Both the position numbers and the translations under genes were made by a program. A stretch of DNA of 64,000 nt from Candidatus Bathyarchaeota archaeon (lineage in GTDB: Archaea > Thermoproteota > Bathyarchaeia > Bathyarchaeales > DTEX01): positions 15,198 to 79,197 of the forward strand of contig JAGTQB010000005.1 in assembly GCA_018396995.1 (NCBI GenBank). Reading direction: 5' to 3'. The notes under the pieces are model-generated. The model searched no databases and was not told where the DNA came from. It saw nothing but the letters and a program-made list of their open reading frames with translations. This document shows, piece by piece, positions 33,546 to 43,652 of the stretch (position 1 is the first letter of the stretch; each line of letters opens with the position of its first letter).

Positions 33546-34267
33546 ATCTTATGCTTGAATTAAGGGGAGTTAACGCCGGGTATGGAAAGCATCAAGTTCT
33601 CTTTGACGTCACTATGAACCTAAAGAAATCTGGCATAACAGTCATAATTGGGCCGAACGGCGCGGGGAAAACAACGCTTTTTAGAACCATAATGGGTCTC
33701 ACAAATATATATTCTGGCTTAATTTTATTTAATGATTACAATATAGTGAACTTAAAGCCAAACAGAATAGTGAAGCTTGGAATCTCATATGTTCCTCAGC
33801 GAGGCAGCTTCTTCGAGAACCTCACTGTGAGGGAAAACCTCCTGTTAGGAGGTTATATTTTAAAGGAAGAGGAGCGTCACTCAATCATGAAGGAAGTCTT
33901 AGAGCTCTTTCCAGTTCTGGCGAGGAAAGATTATATTAATAGGAAGGCGAGTAGGCTAAGTGGAGGTGAAAGAAAGATGCTGGCGATAGCCATGGGCTTA
34001 ATGAAGAAGCCTAGGCTACTATTACTCGACGAGCCTACCGAGGGCTTAATGCCGAAACTTACGATAGAGGTGTACAAGAAGATTAGGGAGATACATGAAG
34101 AGATGGGCACACAAATAGTGATGACTGCGGAGAAGGCTCAGTTATCTCTGGAAATAGGTGATGAAGCCTTCCTACTTGTTAGTGGACAGATAAAGGATCA
34201 CAGAACAACACAGGAGATGTTGAATGACCCGAACCTGAGAGAAAAATATTTTGGCGTCTATGGATAG
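33542..34267 (+). CDS. livF: ABC transporter ATP-binding protein (LivF-like)
   Basis: GPNGAGKTT, LSGGERKMLAI and LLLLDEP. Its GTG start overlaps the livG stop. Confidence 0.9.
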   Translation: MNLMLELRGVNAGYGKHQVLFDVTMNLKKSGITVIIGPNGAGKTTLFRTIMGLTNIYSGLILFNDYNIVNLKPNRIVKLGISYVPQRGSFFENLTVRENLLLGGYILKEEERHSIMKEVLELFPVLARKDYINRKASRLSGGERKMLAIAMGLMKKPRLLLLDEPTEGLMPKLTIEVYKKIREIHEEMGTQIVMTAEKAQLSLEIGDEAFLLVSGQIKDHRTTQEMLNDPNLREKYFGVYG

Positions 34268-34291
34268 TGGATAAAGAGAGGTTAAAATGGC

Positions 34292-35251
34292 TTGATCCCC
34301 CTACTCTTGCAGAATGCAATAGTGTTCGCCAATATCCTTTCACTTATGGCTATTTCAGCTACCCTCGCATTATCAAAAACTAATGTACCAAATTTTGCTG
34401 TTGCAACCTTCGGCACAATAGGTGTATACATAACTTTTACCTGCGTCAAAATATTTAGGCTTCCTCTCTACTCCTCACTTCCATTTTGTCTCATTTTTGG
34501 CGGTCTCATAGGGGTGGCGATATATAGGTTAATGATAAAACCATTAAGGGAGAGAGGGGCTACACGTGAAGAAATAATGATAGCTACTTTAGGACTTGAT
34601 ATTTTCCTCATAGCAATACTTAACATTTATGCCGATTATCTCACGCGAGCCTTTAAAGTCATGGCTAGAGACTTCACCTTCTCAGCATATGACTTCAGTA
34701 TCGCTGGATTAAATGGCGTCTTCGTGGCGTCAACTATATTTTTCGTAGCAACCATGGTGTCTCTACACTTGATTTTCACTAAAACAAGTCTAGGTATAGC
34801 TCTTAAAGCGATGGGTGAAGACCAGTCTCTGGCCGAGTGCCAAGGAATTAACACGGACATTTTATGTTTAATTACATGGTTTATTGTTGGAGCATTACCA
34901 GCGGCAGCTGGAGTATTCTTCCCAGTTAACTGGATATCTAATCCAACAGTATCCTTATTCATTGTAGTATCAGTCTTCGCCTCCTGTGTTCTAGGAGGCT
35001 TCTCAACAATTTATGATGCAGCTGCTGGAAGCTATATTATTGCAATGGCACAAGTCCTGTTAATCCCATACCTTGCTAACATTGTTGGTGTATGGATCTT
35101 GCCATATGGCTTCTTAGTAGCGCTTCTAATAATGATCTTAACAATTGTGATATTTCCTAAGGGACTGTATGGATTGCCGTGGAACACTATTGGAGAATTT
35201 TTACTCAAGTTATTTAATTATGTGAAAGAGGCGCTGAGGGTTAAGGCATGA
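34292..35251 (+). CDS. livH: Branched-chain amino acid ABC permease (LivH-like)
   Basis: Polytopic membrane protein in the operon position of LivH. Confidence 0.8.
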   Translation: MIPLLLQNAIVFANILSLMAISATLALSKTNVPNFAVATFGTIGVYITFTCVKIFRLPLYSSLPFCLIFGGLIGVAIYRLMIKPLRERGATREEIMIATLGLDIFLIAILNIYADYLTRAFKVMARDFTFSAYDFSIAGLNGVFVASTIFFVATMVSLHLIFTKTSLGIALKAMGEDQSLAECQGINTDILCLITWFIVGALPAAAGVFFPVNWISNPTVSLFIVVSVFASCVLGGFSTIYDAAAGSYIIAMAQVLLIPYLANIVGVWILPYGFLVALLIMILTIVIFPKGLYGLPWNTIGEFLLKLFNYVKEALRVKA

Positions 35252-36339
35252 TTCCAGTACCAGGACTTGAATTCTACATAACCTTGATCGTTTACATACT
35301 GGTTTTCTTGATAATAACCCTAAGTTATAACATGGCTTATGGCTATACCGGCATTCCAGATTTCGGCCGGGCTATGGCTGCTGGAGCGGGAGGCTTCCTA
35401 TGCGGTCTCCTCCCAGGAAGACTGATGTTTTACTTGCTTGGTTTCCAGGGCGATTACCTTGAAAATATTCATCTGGTCATAGACAAAATAAATGCTGTGT
35501 TAAGTGAAAATCCATTACTTTCAATCATGTTATTGACCTTGACGGTCTTTCTTGGGGCTTGCGCTGGTGGCGCCTTGGGCCTCTTGGCTTCACTACCTAT
35601 CTTCCGCGGCATAAGGCTCTTTTATCTAGGCGTAACACTCCTCGCGATCCAAATAGGCTTTAATACAATTATGTATCATTGGCCAGTCCTCCTTAGAGGG
35701 GAGCTCGGGGTTCCCATCCCTGACCCCTTCAAATGGCTAATACGATATAGTTCTCCAGCCCTCCCACCCGGGGTATTACGTTTGATTGGCATAATAGTTA
35801 TTGCAGGGGTGGTTCTGTTGATCACAATTTTCTATCTTACTTCGGTTAGTAGATCGCCTCTCGGCAGGGTTCTTAAAGCAATTAGAGATGATGAGACCAG
35901 CGTGGCGGCTCTCGGGAGAGATGTGAGAGGGTTGTACGTTAAGGTAATGGTCGTCTCCTACGCCTTTACTGGAGCTGCCGGAGCAATTTTTGCCTTCTAT
36001 CAAGGCTACGTTGTCGGATTACATTTTGATAGGGTTGAGTGGACATTCTGGCCGATTGCAATGGTGATATTAGGGGGGTTAGCAAATTATAAGGGCACAG
36101 CGGCGGGGACGATCTTCTTCATAACACTTAAGAGGCTCATAATATTTTATAAAGCAAACTTGGAGCCCATCTTACCCTTCTCCCCAATTTGGTTAGAAAG
36201 CTTACTACTGGGCCTAATATTGATCCTAGTCTTAATCTATAGGCCACGGGGACTATTTCCGGAGAAACCTGAGATATCGCTGAGCAGAGAGGAAATTGAG
36301 AGAATAAGGGAGAAGATAAAGAGGAAGAGGTCAGAGTAG
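35248..36339 (+). CDS. livM: Branched-chain amino acid ABC permease (LivM-like)
   Basis: Polytopic membrane protein with LKAIRDDETSVAALG, the LivM signature region. It overlaps the livH stop. Confidence 0.85.
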   Translation: MIPVPGLEFYITLIVYILVFLIITLSYNMAYGYTGIPDFGRAMAAGAGGFLCGLLPGRLMFYLLGFQGDYLENIHLVIDKINAVLSENPLLSIMLLTLTVFLGACAGGALGLLASLPIFRGIRLFYLGVTLLAIQIGFNTIMYHWPVLLRGELGVPIPDPFKWLIRYSSPALPPGVLRLIGIIVIAGVVLLITIFYLTSVSRSPLGRVLKAIRDDETSVAALGRDVRGLYVKVMVVSYAFTGAAGAIFAFYQGYVVGLHFDRVEWTFWPIAMVILGGLANYKGTAAGTIFFITLKRLIIFYKANLEPILPFSPIWLESLLLGLILILVLIYRPRGLFPEKPEISLSREEIERIREKIKRKRSE

Positions 36340-36401
36340 CTTTGTTTTGAGGGTAGAGACGCAAAAGCCTTATTAGTTCTTTTTCTGCTCATACTTTCCT
36401 T

Positions 36402-37079
36402 GTGCAGGGAACAATAGTAAACGCTATTGCGGTGATTATTGGAAGTTCAGCCGGCTTAGCTTTACGCAGAGGCTTCCCTGAGAGGGTTAAAAACATCATT
36501 TTTCAGGGTGTGGGTCTCGTGACTTTATTCATCGGTTTCCAAACAGCCCTGAGAACAAACAATATAGTCATATTGTTTTTTAGCGTGTTTATAGGCGCCG
36601 CTGTAGGCGAGCTCCTTAATATTGAGGGGCGTATTGAGAGGTTTGGGAGCATCATTAAATCAAAGTTTAGTTCTAAAGAGAATCAGTTTGTTGAGGGCCT
36701 CATAACTGCCTTCTTAATATTCTGTATGGGTCCCATGACCATTGTTGGCTCAATAGCAGACGGCTTAAATGGGGATCCAAGCCTCCTATATGCTAAATCA
36801 ATACTGGACGGTTTTACTTCAATATCACTCGCCTCAGCTCTGGGTCTGGGGGTTCTCTTCTCAATTGTGCCATTGGCATTATATCAGGGGGGAATAACAG
36901 TGCTTGCCTCCCTCGCAAAAGTCTTTTTCACAAGTACTGTAATAAATGAGCTTAGTGCCGCAGGAGGCATAATATTGATTGGACTTGGAATAAGTATGCT
37001 GGAAATGAAAAGAATAAAAGTTGCGAACTTTCTTCCATCGCTAATCGTGTCAGCCATCCTAGCTTATCTTATCACCTAA
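36402..37079 (+). CDS. DUF554 family membrane protein
   Basis: MQGTIVNAIAVIIGSSAGL... and the overall YdfK/DUF554-like pattern. Confidence 0.65.
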   Translation: MQGTIVNAIAVIIGSSAGLALRRGFPERVKNIIFQGVGLVTLFIGFQTALRTNNIVILFFSVFIGAAVGELLNIEGRIERFGSIIKSKFSSKENQFVEGLITAFLIFCMGPMTIVGSIADGLNGDPSLLYAKSILDGFTSISLASALGLGVLFSIVPLALYQGGITVLASLAKVFFTSTVINELSAAGGIILIGLGISMLEMKRIKVANFLPSLIVSAILAYLIT

Positions 37080-37094
37080 GCCTGAGGGACAATC

Positions 37095-38015
37095 ATGTTT
37101 GACTTAGTTACAATAGGGCACTTTTCAATAGACTTTATTATCCTTCCAGGCGAGAGTAAACCAAGAAGGAGACTTGGTGGGCCGCCAACGTACACATCGA
37201 TACCAGCTAAAAGGCTTGGTGCATCTGTATCAGTTGTGTCCAGGGTTGGCGGGGATTTTCCAGAAAGATATCTGGAGTGGCTTGTGAGGAGGGGTGTGGA
37301 TTTAAGCCGCCTAAAAGTTGACGGAAAGTCCAAAACCACGATTTTCTTAATAAAGTATCGTGAGGACGGAGAGAGGGATATGATTCTTCGTAGTAGGGCT
37401 CCACCGATATCCGTGGAAGATATAGAGGGTTTGGAAGCCAGAGCTGTTCATATATCTCCAATAGCTAATGAGGTGCCTGTAACCCTTATAGAGAGGGCCG
37501 TTGAAACAATCCCCATAGTTTCATTAGACCCCCAAGGAATACTGAGACAATTTGATGCGGAGGGTAGGGTCTTCCTGCGCGGTGTAAGTGACCTAAATTT
37601 CCTTAAGTATATTGATATCTTTAAGGCGTCGGAGAGCGAGCTAAAGGCTTTAACGGGGCTAAGTGATATAATTAGGGCTTTAAAGAAGGTTAGGGATATC
37701 GGCGTTAATGTTGCTATAGCTACTATCGGCGCTGGTGGAGTTCTCATATCCCTCGACAATTCTGTCTACCATGTCCCCGCAGCCAAGCAAAACAGGACTA
37801 TTGACCCAACGGGTGCAGGGGACTCATTTATGGGGGGCTTCCTAGCCGAGTATATTAAGGGGGAGGACTTATTATGGTGCGCCTCCGTTGGCTCCTCAGT
37901 ATCATCCTACGTTATTGAGGAAGTTGGACCTGGGGGGTTTAGGGGAAAAAGGAAGGTTTATGAGAGGGCTAGGTGGGTCTATGAAAGGATTGTTAGAGTT
38001 ACTGTCAATATGTAA
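37095..38015 (+). CDS. PfkB-family carbohydrate/nucleoside kinase
   Basis: DPTGAGDSFMGGF, the second PfkB signature, in a ribokinase-like layout. Confidence 0.8.
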   Translation: MFDLVTIGHFSIDFIILPGESKPRRRLGGPPTYTSIPAKRLGASVSVVSRVGGDFPERYLEWLVRRGVDLSRLKVDGKSKTTIFLIKYREDGERDMILRSRAPPISVEDIEGLEARAVHISPIANEVPVTLIERAVETIPIVSLDPQGILRQFDAEGRVFLRGVSDLNFLKYIDIFKASESELKALTGLSDIIRALKKVRDIGVNVAIATIGAGGVLISLDNSVYHVPAAKQNRTIDPTGAGDSFMGGFLAEYIKGEDLLWCASVGSSVSSYVIEEVGPGGFRGKRKVYERARWVYERIVRVTVNM

Positions 38016-38035
38016 GGTTGATGTGGGGTGTTTAT

Positions 38036-38245
38036 ATGGGTAGGGTCTCAAAGGGTGTTAAATGTAGTGTTGAGGGATGCAGCAAAGAGGCTGTTAAATC
38101 TTTAAGCGCCGAGAAAGTTAGAGCCTATGGCTTAAAGATTAATGAGGGCAGGAGGGCATATTTATGTAAAGATCACTATAAAGAGTATAAGAGGGCATCT
38201 AGGAAGGATAAGATTGTTGAGAGGTGGCGTAAAGTTGTACCATAA
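38036..38245 (+). CDS. Small basic Cys/His protein, function unknown
   Basis: MGRVSKGVKCSVEGCSKEA...YLCKDHYKEY, a putative zinc-binding C-x4-C...C-x2-H. The start is uncertain. Confidence 0.35.
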   Translation: MGRVSKGVKCSVEGCSKEAVKSLSAEKVRAYGLKINEGRRAYLCKDHYKEYKRASRKDKIVERWRKVVP

Positions 38246-38319
38246 TAATTACAGTTCTGCCAAAAAGATATTATTTTTCAAACATATCTCCCTCTAATAG
38301 TTATTTGAGTGGATGATCC

Positions 38320-40194
38320 TTGAAGATACTGCAGCTCCACTTAAACTTTATCGAGTATCGTCCGGTGGAGAAAGAGATATCCTTGGCTGAGGATATCGAG
38401 CCTAAAACATATAGGTTAGATGAGCTTGTCGCCCTCTTCACATGCGTTGAGAAGGGCGATACGACTGAAACCGCCCGTAGGGCTATAGATGAGGTTAGAG
38501 CCTTCCTCAATAAAGTGAAAGTAAACCGCGTGTTGATTTACCCATATGCTCATTTAAGTTCGGATCTAGCGAGTCCATCTGAAGCAATCACTATTTTAAG
38601 GGAGATGGAGTCATACGCGAAGCTCCTTGGAATAGAGGTCTATAGGGCGCCATTTGGATGGTGTAAGGAGTTCTCGATGTCTGTTAAGGGTCACCCCCTT
38701 GCGGAGCAGTTTAAATCGATATCAGCTGAGGGGGAAGCAGTTAAAGAAGAGGTGGTATCTAAGGCACTGGAGGCTGAGGAGAAAATAAAGTCCTATTGGT
38801 TTATACTCAAGCCAGACGGAGAGATGGTTCCAGTTGAAAAATTTGACTTTGCTGGGTATGAAAATTTGAGGAAGTTTGCAGCTTACGAGATGGCGAAGTC
38901 TAGAGCTGTCCACCAACAGCCGCCACACACGCTCCTAATGAAGAAGCTCGAGCTAGCTGATTATGAGGAGGCAAGCGACCCAGGCAACTTCAGGTGGTAT
39001 CCAAAGGGCGAACTCATAAAATCGCTTATAGAAGAGTTTGTGACGGAGAAGGTTATCGAGTACGGCGCGCTTAAGGTTGAGACGCCAGTAATGTATGACA
39101 TCAACCACCCAGCTCTGGCGAGCTACTTCCATAGATTCCCAGCCCGCCAATACATTGTTAAATCAGAGGATAAAGAGCTGTTCCTCCGCTTCAGCGCATG
39201 CTTCGGGCAGTTCCTTATGCTAAGTGATGCGCAGATATCCTATAGACACTTGCCACTAAAAATCTACGAACTAACACACTATAGTTTTAGGAGGGAGAAG
39301 AGTGGCGAGCTCGCTGGGCTGAGGAGACTTAGAGCTTTCACCATGCCAGATTGCCATGCATTGTGTGCCGACATGGAGCAGGCTAAGGAGGAGGCGATAA
39401 AGAGACTTAAGCTGAGCATAGAGGTTCTTGAGGGTATTGGGCTGACACGTGACGATTATGAGATGGCTATAAGGTTCACAAAGGATTTCTATGAATCTAA
39501 CAGGGACTTTATTATGTCACTTGTTAAAATTTTTGGTAAACCAGCGCTCATTGAGATGTGGGAAGAGCGCTTCTTCTACTTCGTCTTAAAGTGGGAGTTC
39601 AATTTTGTCGATAACCTGGATAAGGCTTCAGCCCTATCAACAGACCAGATCGATGTTGAGAATGCTGAGAGATACGGAATATATTATGTGGATGAGAGGG
39701 GTGAGAAAAGGACGCCACTAATCTTACACTGCTCACCTAGTGGTGCGATTGAGAGGGATATATACGCCCTCCTAGAAAAAGCATATAAGGTTTATAAGAG
39801 TGGTGGGGTGCCAATGCTCCCCCTATGGCTTTCTCCAACACAGGTTAGGGTTATACCAGTAAGCGGAAGCTTTTATAAGGAGGCTGAGAGCCTCGTTAGA
39901 GAGATAGCGGAGCATAGGATTAGGGTCGACTGGGATGATAGACCGCTAACCATGCAGAGGAAGATTAGAGAGGCTGAAATGGAATGGATACCCTATATAG
40001 TTGTTATTGGCGGGGAGGAAATCTCCTCCCAGCTGCTGACCGTCAGGGATAGACGTTTAAAGGGGGGTCAAAAGTTGAGGAAGATGCGTCTAGAGGAGCT
40101 TATAGATGAGATAAAGAGGGAGACTTCTGGAAAACCATTTAAGCCGCTGACCCTGCCAGCGGCGCTTTCAAAAAGACCGCGCTTCCGCGGATGA
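38320..40194 (+). CDS. thrS: Threonyl-tRNA synthetase, full length with the archaeal N-terminal editing domain
   Basis: The N-terminal ~140 aa resemble, from memory, the Pyrococcus-type DTD-like editing domain (FIEY..., VEKGD, YPYAHLSS, KGHPLAE). A class II core and anticodon-binding domain follow. Confidence 0.9.
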   Translation: MKILQLHLNFIEYRPVEKEISLAEDIEPKTYRLDELVALFTCVEKGDTTETARRAIDEVRAFLNKVKVNRVLIYPYAHLSSDLASPSEAITILREMESYAKLLGIEVYRAPFGWCKEFSMSVKGHPLAEQFKSISAEGEAVKEEVVSKALEAEEKIKSYWFILKPDGEMVPVEKFDFAGYENLRKFAAYEMAKSRAVHQQPPHTLLMKKLELADYEEASDPGNFRWYPKGELIKSLIEEFVTEKVIEYGALKVETPVMYDINHPALASYFHRFPARQYIVKSEDKELFLRFSACFGQFLMLSDAQISYRHLPLKIYELTHYSFRREKSGELAGLRRLRAFTMPDCHALCADMEQAKEEAIKRLKLSIEVLEGIGLTRDDYEMAIRFTKDFYESNRDFIMSLVKIFGKPALIEMWEERFFYFVLKWEFNFVDNLDKASALSTDQIDVENAERYGIYYVDERGEKRTPLILHCSPSGAIERDIYALLEKAYKVYKSGGVPMLPLWLSPTQVRVIPVSGSFYKEAESLVREIAEHRIRVDWDDRPLTMQRKIREAEMEWIPYIVVIGGEEISSQLLTVRDRRLKGGQKLRKMRLEELIDEIKRETSGKPFKPLTLPAALSKRPRFRG

Positions 40195-40270
40195 AAAACA
40201 GTTATCCCGCTTCTGCTAGAGTTTTTAAGACACTTATATAGTTCTATTCTTATATCTTAGTAACCGATTT

Positions 40271-41185
40271 ATGGGTCATGGGGATGGCCGGATGGCTTCA
40301 GGTGATCTCCTAATATATATTGATGGCAAATATTATTCGAGAGATGAGGCGAAAATATCGGTCTTTGACCACGGCTTCCTATATGGGGATGGCGTCTTCG
40401 AGGGAATACGCGCCTACAATGGCTTTGTCTTTAAGCTCAGGGAGCATATTGATAGGCTATATGAGTCAGCCCACGCAATAATGCTTAACATACCCTTAAC
40501 GAAGGAGGAAATGATGAAGGCTGTTCTAGAAACTTTAAGGAAAAATAATCTACGCGACGCCTATATTCGACTAATTGTAACCAGGGGTATCGGGGATCTA
40601 GGTTTAGACCCGAGGAGGTGCTCTAAGCCATCGACTATAATAATTGCGGTGCCAATACTAAAGCTATATGACGAAGAGAAGCGTATGGAAGGCGTAACCG
40701 CAATAATATCTTGGGTTAGGAGAGACCCTGTTGATGCGACGTCCCACGAAATAAAATCACTAAATTATCTTAACAGCGTGTTAGCTAAGATTGAGGCTAA
40801 TAATGCTGGGGCTGATGAGGCAATTTTATTGGACAAAAATGGTTTTGTCTGCGAGGCCACTGGTGAGAACATATTTATTGTCAAGGATGGAAAAATTTAC
40901 ACCCCGCCGAGGTCGAGCGGCGCCCTGCCCGGGATAACAGCAAGCGTCGTTAAGAGGATAGCTGCTGAGCTCGGATATGAAGTTATTGAGAAAAATATTA
41001 CTGTAGCCGAGCTGTTTAATGCCGATGAAGTTTTCTTAACTGGAACTGGCGCGGAGATCATGCCGGTGAGGGAGATTAATAAGCGGAAGATAGGTGCGGG
41101 GAGGATAGGCCCAATAACCAAAAGAATACTGGAGAAATTTATGGAGATTGTTCAGAATCCAAGTGAAGGTGTACCAATATACTAG
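40271..41185 (+). CDS. ilvE: Branched-chain amino acid aminotransferase (class IV)
   Basis: [30 protein letters not shown] and GITASVV. The start could be ATG 40292. Confidence 0.9.
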   Translation: MGHGDGRMASGDLLIYIDGKYYSRDEAKISVFDHGFLYGDGVFEGIRAYNGFVFKLREHIDRLYESAHAIMLNIPLTKEEMMKAVLETLRKNNLRDAYIRLIVTRGIGDLGLDPRRCSKPSTIIIAVPILKLYDEEKRMEGVTAIISWVRRDPVDATSHEIKSLNYLNSVLAKIEANNAGADEAILLDKNGFVCEATGENIFIVKDGKIYTPPRSSGALPGITASVVKRIAAELGYEVIEKNITVAELFNADEVFLTGTGAEIMPVREINKRKIGAGRIGPITKRILEKFMEIVQNPSEGVPIY

Positions 41186-41201
41186 TGGAGTTGCAATCCC
41201 G

Positions 41202-41423
41202 TTAAACTAGAACTACCCCTTTTATTTGTGGCACTTTGTGTCTCAAATATCTTTCCACACTATATTTTATTGTCATTGTTGAGAATGGGCAGCCTGCACA
41301 CGCGCCCTTAAGTCTCACCTTAACTACACCATCCTTTGTAACTTCAATCAGCTCTATATCACCGCCATCAGCTCTCAATATTGGCTTTATCTCCTCTATC
41401 GCCTTCTCAACTTCAGCCCTCAA
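41202..41423 (-). CDS. NifU C-terminal domain (Nfu-like) Fe-S scaffold protein
   Basis: ILRADGGDIELIEV...KGACAGCPFS motif. Confidence 0.8.
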   Translation of the reverse strand: MRAEVEKAIEEIKPILRADGGDIELIEVTKDGVVKVRLKGACAGCPFSTMTIKYSVERYLRHKVPQIKGVVLV

Positions 41424-41530
41424 TATCCCACCACTTATATAACCATGTTATCTCCCTCATATTTAAGCCTTCCCACAGAAAAATTATTAAGGTGAATGGC
41501 TGAACTGATATTCGGCTCCGGTGAACCATC

Positions 41531-42388
41531 ATGGTGAGATTACCTTTTTGGAAGATGCATGGCTTAGGGAACGACTATATAGTTATCGATAACAGGAATG
41601 GGATACTGGAAAACGGGGCCCTCCCATCGATTGCGAAGAGGCTCTGTAGGAGGAGGTTCTCTATAGGCGCGGACGGCCTTCTCCTCCTCTATAACTCTAG
41701 TACTGCAGACGTTAAAATGAGGATATTTAACGCTGATGGAAGCGAGGCTGAGATGTGTGGAAATGGTATAAGATGCCTAGCAAAATACTGTTATGAAAAT
41801 GGTATTGTATGCAAGAGCGTCATGGATATAGAGACTTTGGCCGGCGTTAGGAGGGTTTGGCTCCATATAAATGACGGAAAAGTTGCGTCTGTGACCGTTG
41901 ATATGGGCTCCCCAATTTTTGATAGAAAGGGGATACCCGCTCTCGGCGAGGGAAAATTTATAGACGAGAGTATAAATGTTAATGGGGAGACTTTTAAGGC
42001 TACATGCCTATCAATTGGCAACCCCCATTGTGTGATATTCGTTGATGATGTTGCATCTTTCCCAGTAGAATACTATGGGCCTAGAATAGAGAAGCATGCG
42101 CTTTTCCCAAAGAGAATTAACGTTGAGTTTGTTCAGATTATTAGGCCTGACTTGGTTAAGGTTAGGGTTTGGGAGAGGGGTGTGGGGGAGACGTTTGCGT
42201 GTGGCACAGGTGCATGCGCGAGCGTTGTGGCTGGTAGGGTTCTTGGCATGCTGAGCGATGAGTGTTTAGTTGAACTTTTAGGCGGGAATTTAAGGGTGAG
42301 GTATGACGAGGCAAGCAACAGAATACTTTTAACAGGGTTGGCTGAAAAAGTCTATGAGGGTGTGGTTGAGCTGGAGGTTCTGCCTTGA
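41531..42388 (+). CDS. dapF: Diaminopimelate epimerase
   Basis: KMHGLGNDYIVID and both catalytic Cys contexts, MCGNGIRC and ACGTGACA. Confidence 0.9.
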   Translation: MVRLPFWKMHGLGNDYIVIDNRNGILENGALPSIAKRLCRRRFSIGADGLLLLYNSSTADVKMRIFNADGSEAEMCGNGIRCLAKYCYENGIVCKSVMDIETLAGVRRVWLHINDGKVASVTVDMGSPIFDRKGIPALGEGKFIDESINVNGETFKATCLSIGNPHCVIFVDDVASFPVEYYGPRIEKHALFPKRINVEFVQIIRPDLVKVRVWERGVGETFACGTGACASVVAGRVLGMLSDECLVELLGGNLRVRYDEASNRILLTGLAEKVYEGVVELEVLP

Positions 42389-43554
42389 GGTTCCAGCTGG
42401 CAGACAGGGTTAAGAGACTTCCGCAATACCTCTTCGCTGAGCTCGAGAAGATAATTCTAGAAAAGAGGAGAATGGGCGTTGACATAATATCGCTGAGTAT
42501 AGGTGATCCAGATCTCCCACCGCCACCCTTCATCCTAGAGGCGCTAAGAGAAGAGAGTTCTAACCCTAAGAACCACAATTACTCGTTTAGCCAAGGTGAG
42601 CCATTCTTCCGCGAAGCCGTTGCAGAATGGTATAAGAGGCGTTTCGGCGTTACTTTAGATCCGCAGAGGGAGATTATAGCGCTTATAGGCTCTAAAGAGG
42701 GTTTAGCGAACTTTGCTAGGGCCTTCATTAATCCTGGCGATAAGGTTCTCGTGCCCGATCCCGCTTACCCGGTCTACGCCAACGGCGCCACATTATTAAG
42801 TGATGGGATCCCCATTACAATGCCCCTGCTTGAGGATAATGACTTTAAGCCCGACCTGGAGTCTCTCAATCTCGATGGTGTAAAGATGATGTTTCTGAAT
42901 TACCCAAATAATCCAACTGGAAGCGTTGTAACAAAGGATTACCTTAAGGCTATAGTTGACCTGGCTAGGGAGAAGAATGTGATAATATGTTATGATAATG
43001 CTTACTCTGAGATAACTTTTGATGGTTATAGGGCGCCTAGCATACTCGAAGTCGAGGGTGCAATGGAGGTTGCGATAGAGTTCCACTCCTGCTCAAAGAC
43101 CTTTAACATGACTGGTGATAGGATAGGCTTCGCGGTGGGGAACCGCGAGCTGATAGAGGGTCTTATGAAGGTTAAGTCCCAAATAGATTCTGGGCCGCCA
43201 GTATATATACAGAAGGTTGCTGCGAAAGCTTTACAGAGCTATATTGATGGTGAGCCGCCAGAATACATAAAGTGGATGAATAGAATCTATATGGAGAGAA
43301 GGGACGTGTTAATTAAGGGTCTGAGAGAGGTTGGGCTTGAAGCCAAAAAGCCTCTGGCAACATTCTACGTGTGGGTGAAGTGTGGCGGGAGCTCCATGAA
43401 GTTTGCCTCAAGGCTCCTTGAGGCTGGAGTTGTTGTATCCCCAGGTATAGGCTTCGGAAAGTATGGTGAAGGCTACGTTAGGTTCTCCATAACACAGCCG
43501 AAGGAACGTATAGAGGAAGCCTGCGACAGAATTAAGAAGGTATTAGCACAATAG
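42385..43554 (+). CDS. dapL: LL-diaminopimelate aminotransferase-type class I aminotransferase
   Basis: The N-terminus RVKRLPQYLFAELEK...GVDIISLSIGDPDLPPP matches the DapL (DapC_direct-like) pattern. PLP lysine context SCSKTFNMTGDR. Its TTG start overlaps the dapF stop. Confidence 0.75.
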   Translation: MRFQLADRVKRLPQYLFAELEKIILEKRRMGVDIISLSIGDPDLPPPPFILEALREESSNPKNHNYSFSQGEPFFREAVAEWYKRRFGVTLDPQREIIALIGSKEGLANFARAFINPGDKVLVPDPAYPVYANGATLLSDGIPITMPLLEDNDFKPDLESLNLDGVKMMFLNYPNNPTGSVVTKDYLKAIVDLAREKNVIICYDNAYSEITFDGYRAPSILEVEGAMEVAIEFHSCSKTFNMTGDRIGFAVGNRELIEGLMKVKSQIDSGPPVYIQKVAAKALQSYIDGEPPEYIKWMNRIYMERRDVLIKGLREVGLEAKKPLATFYVWVKCGGSSMKFASRLLEAGVVVSPGIGFGKYGEGYVRFSITQPKERIEEACDRIKKVLAQ

Positions 43555-43652
43555 CTTTAGGAATTTAGAGTTGACCGCAGTCAACCGATTGGAGATTTTT
43601 CCAAAAAGTATTTTCTAACCCAATATTCTAGTTTCCTTTTGGATGATGGACT

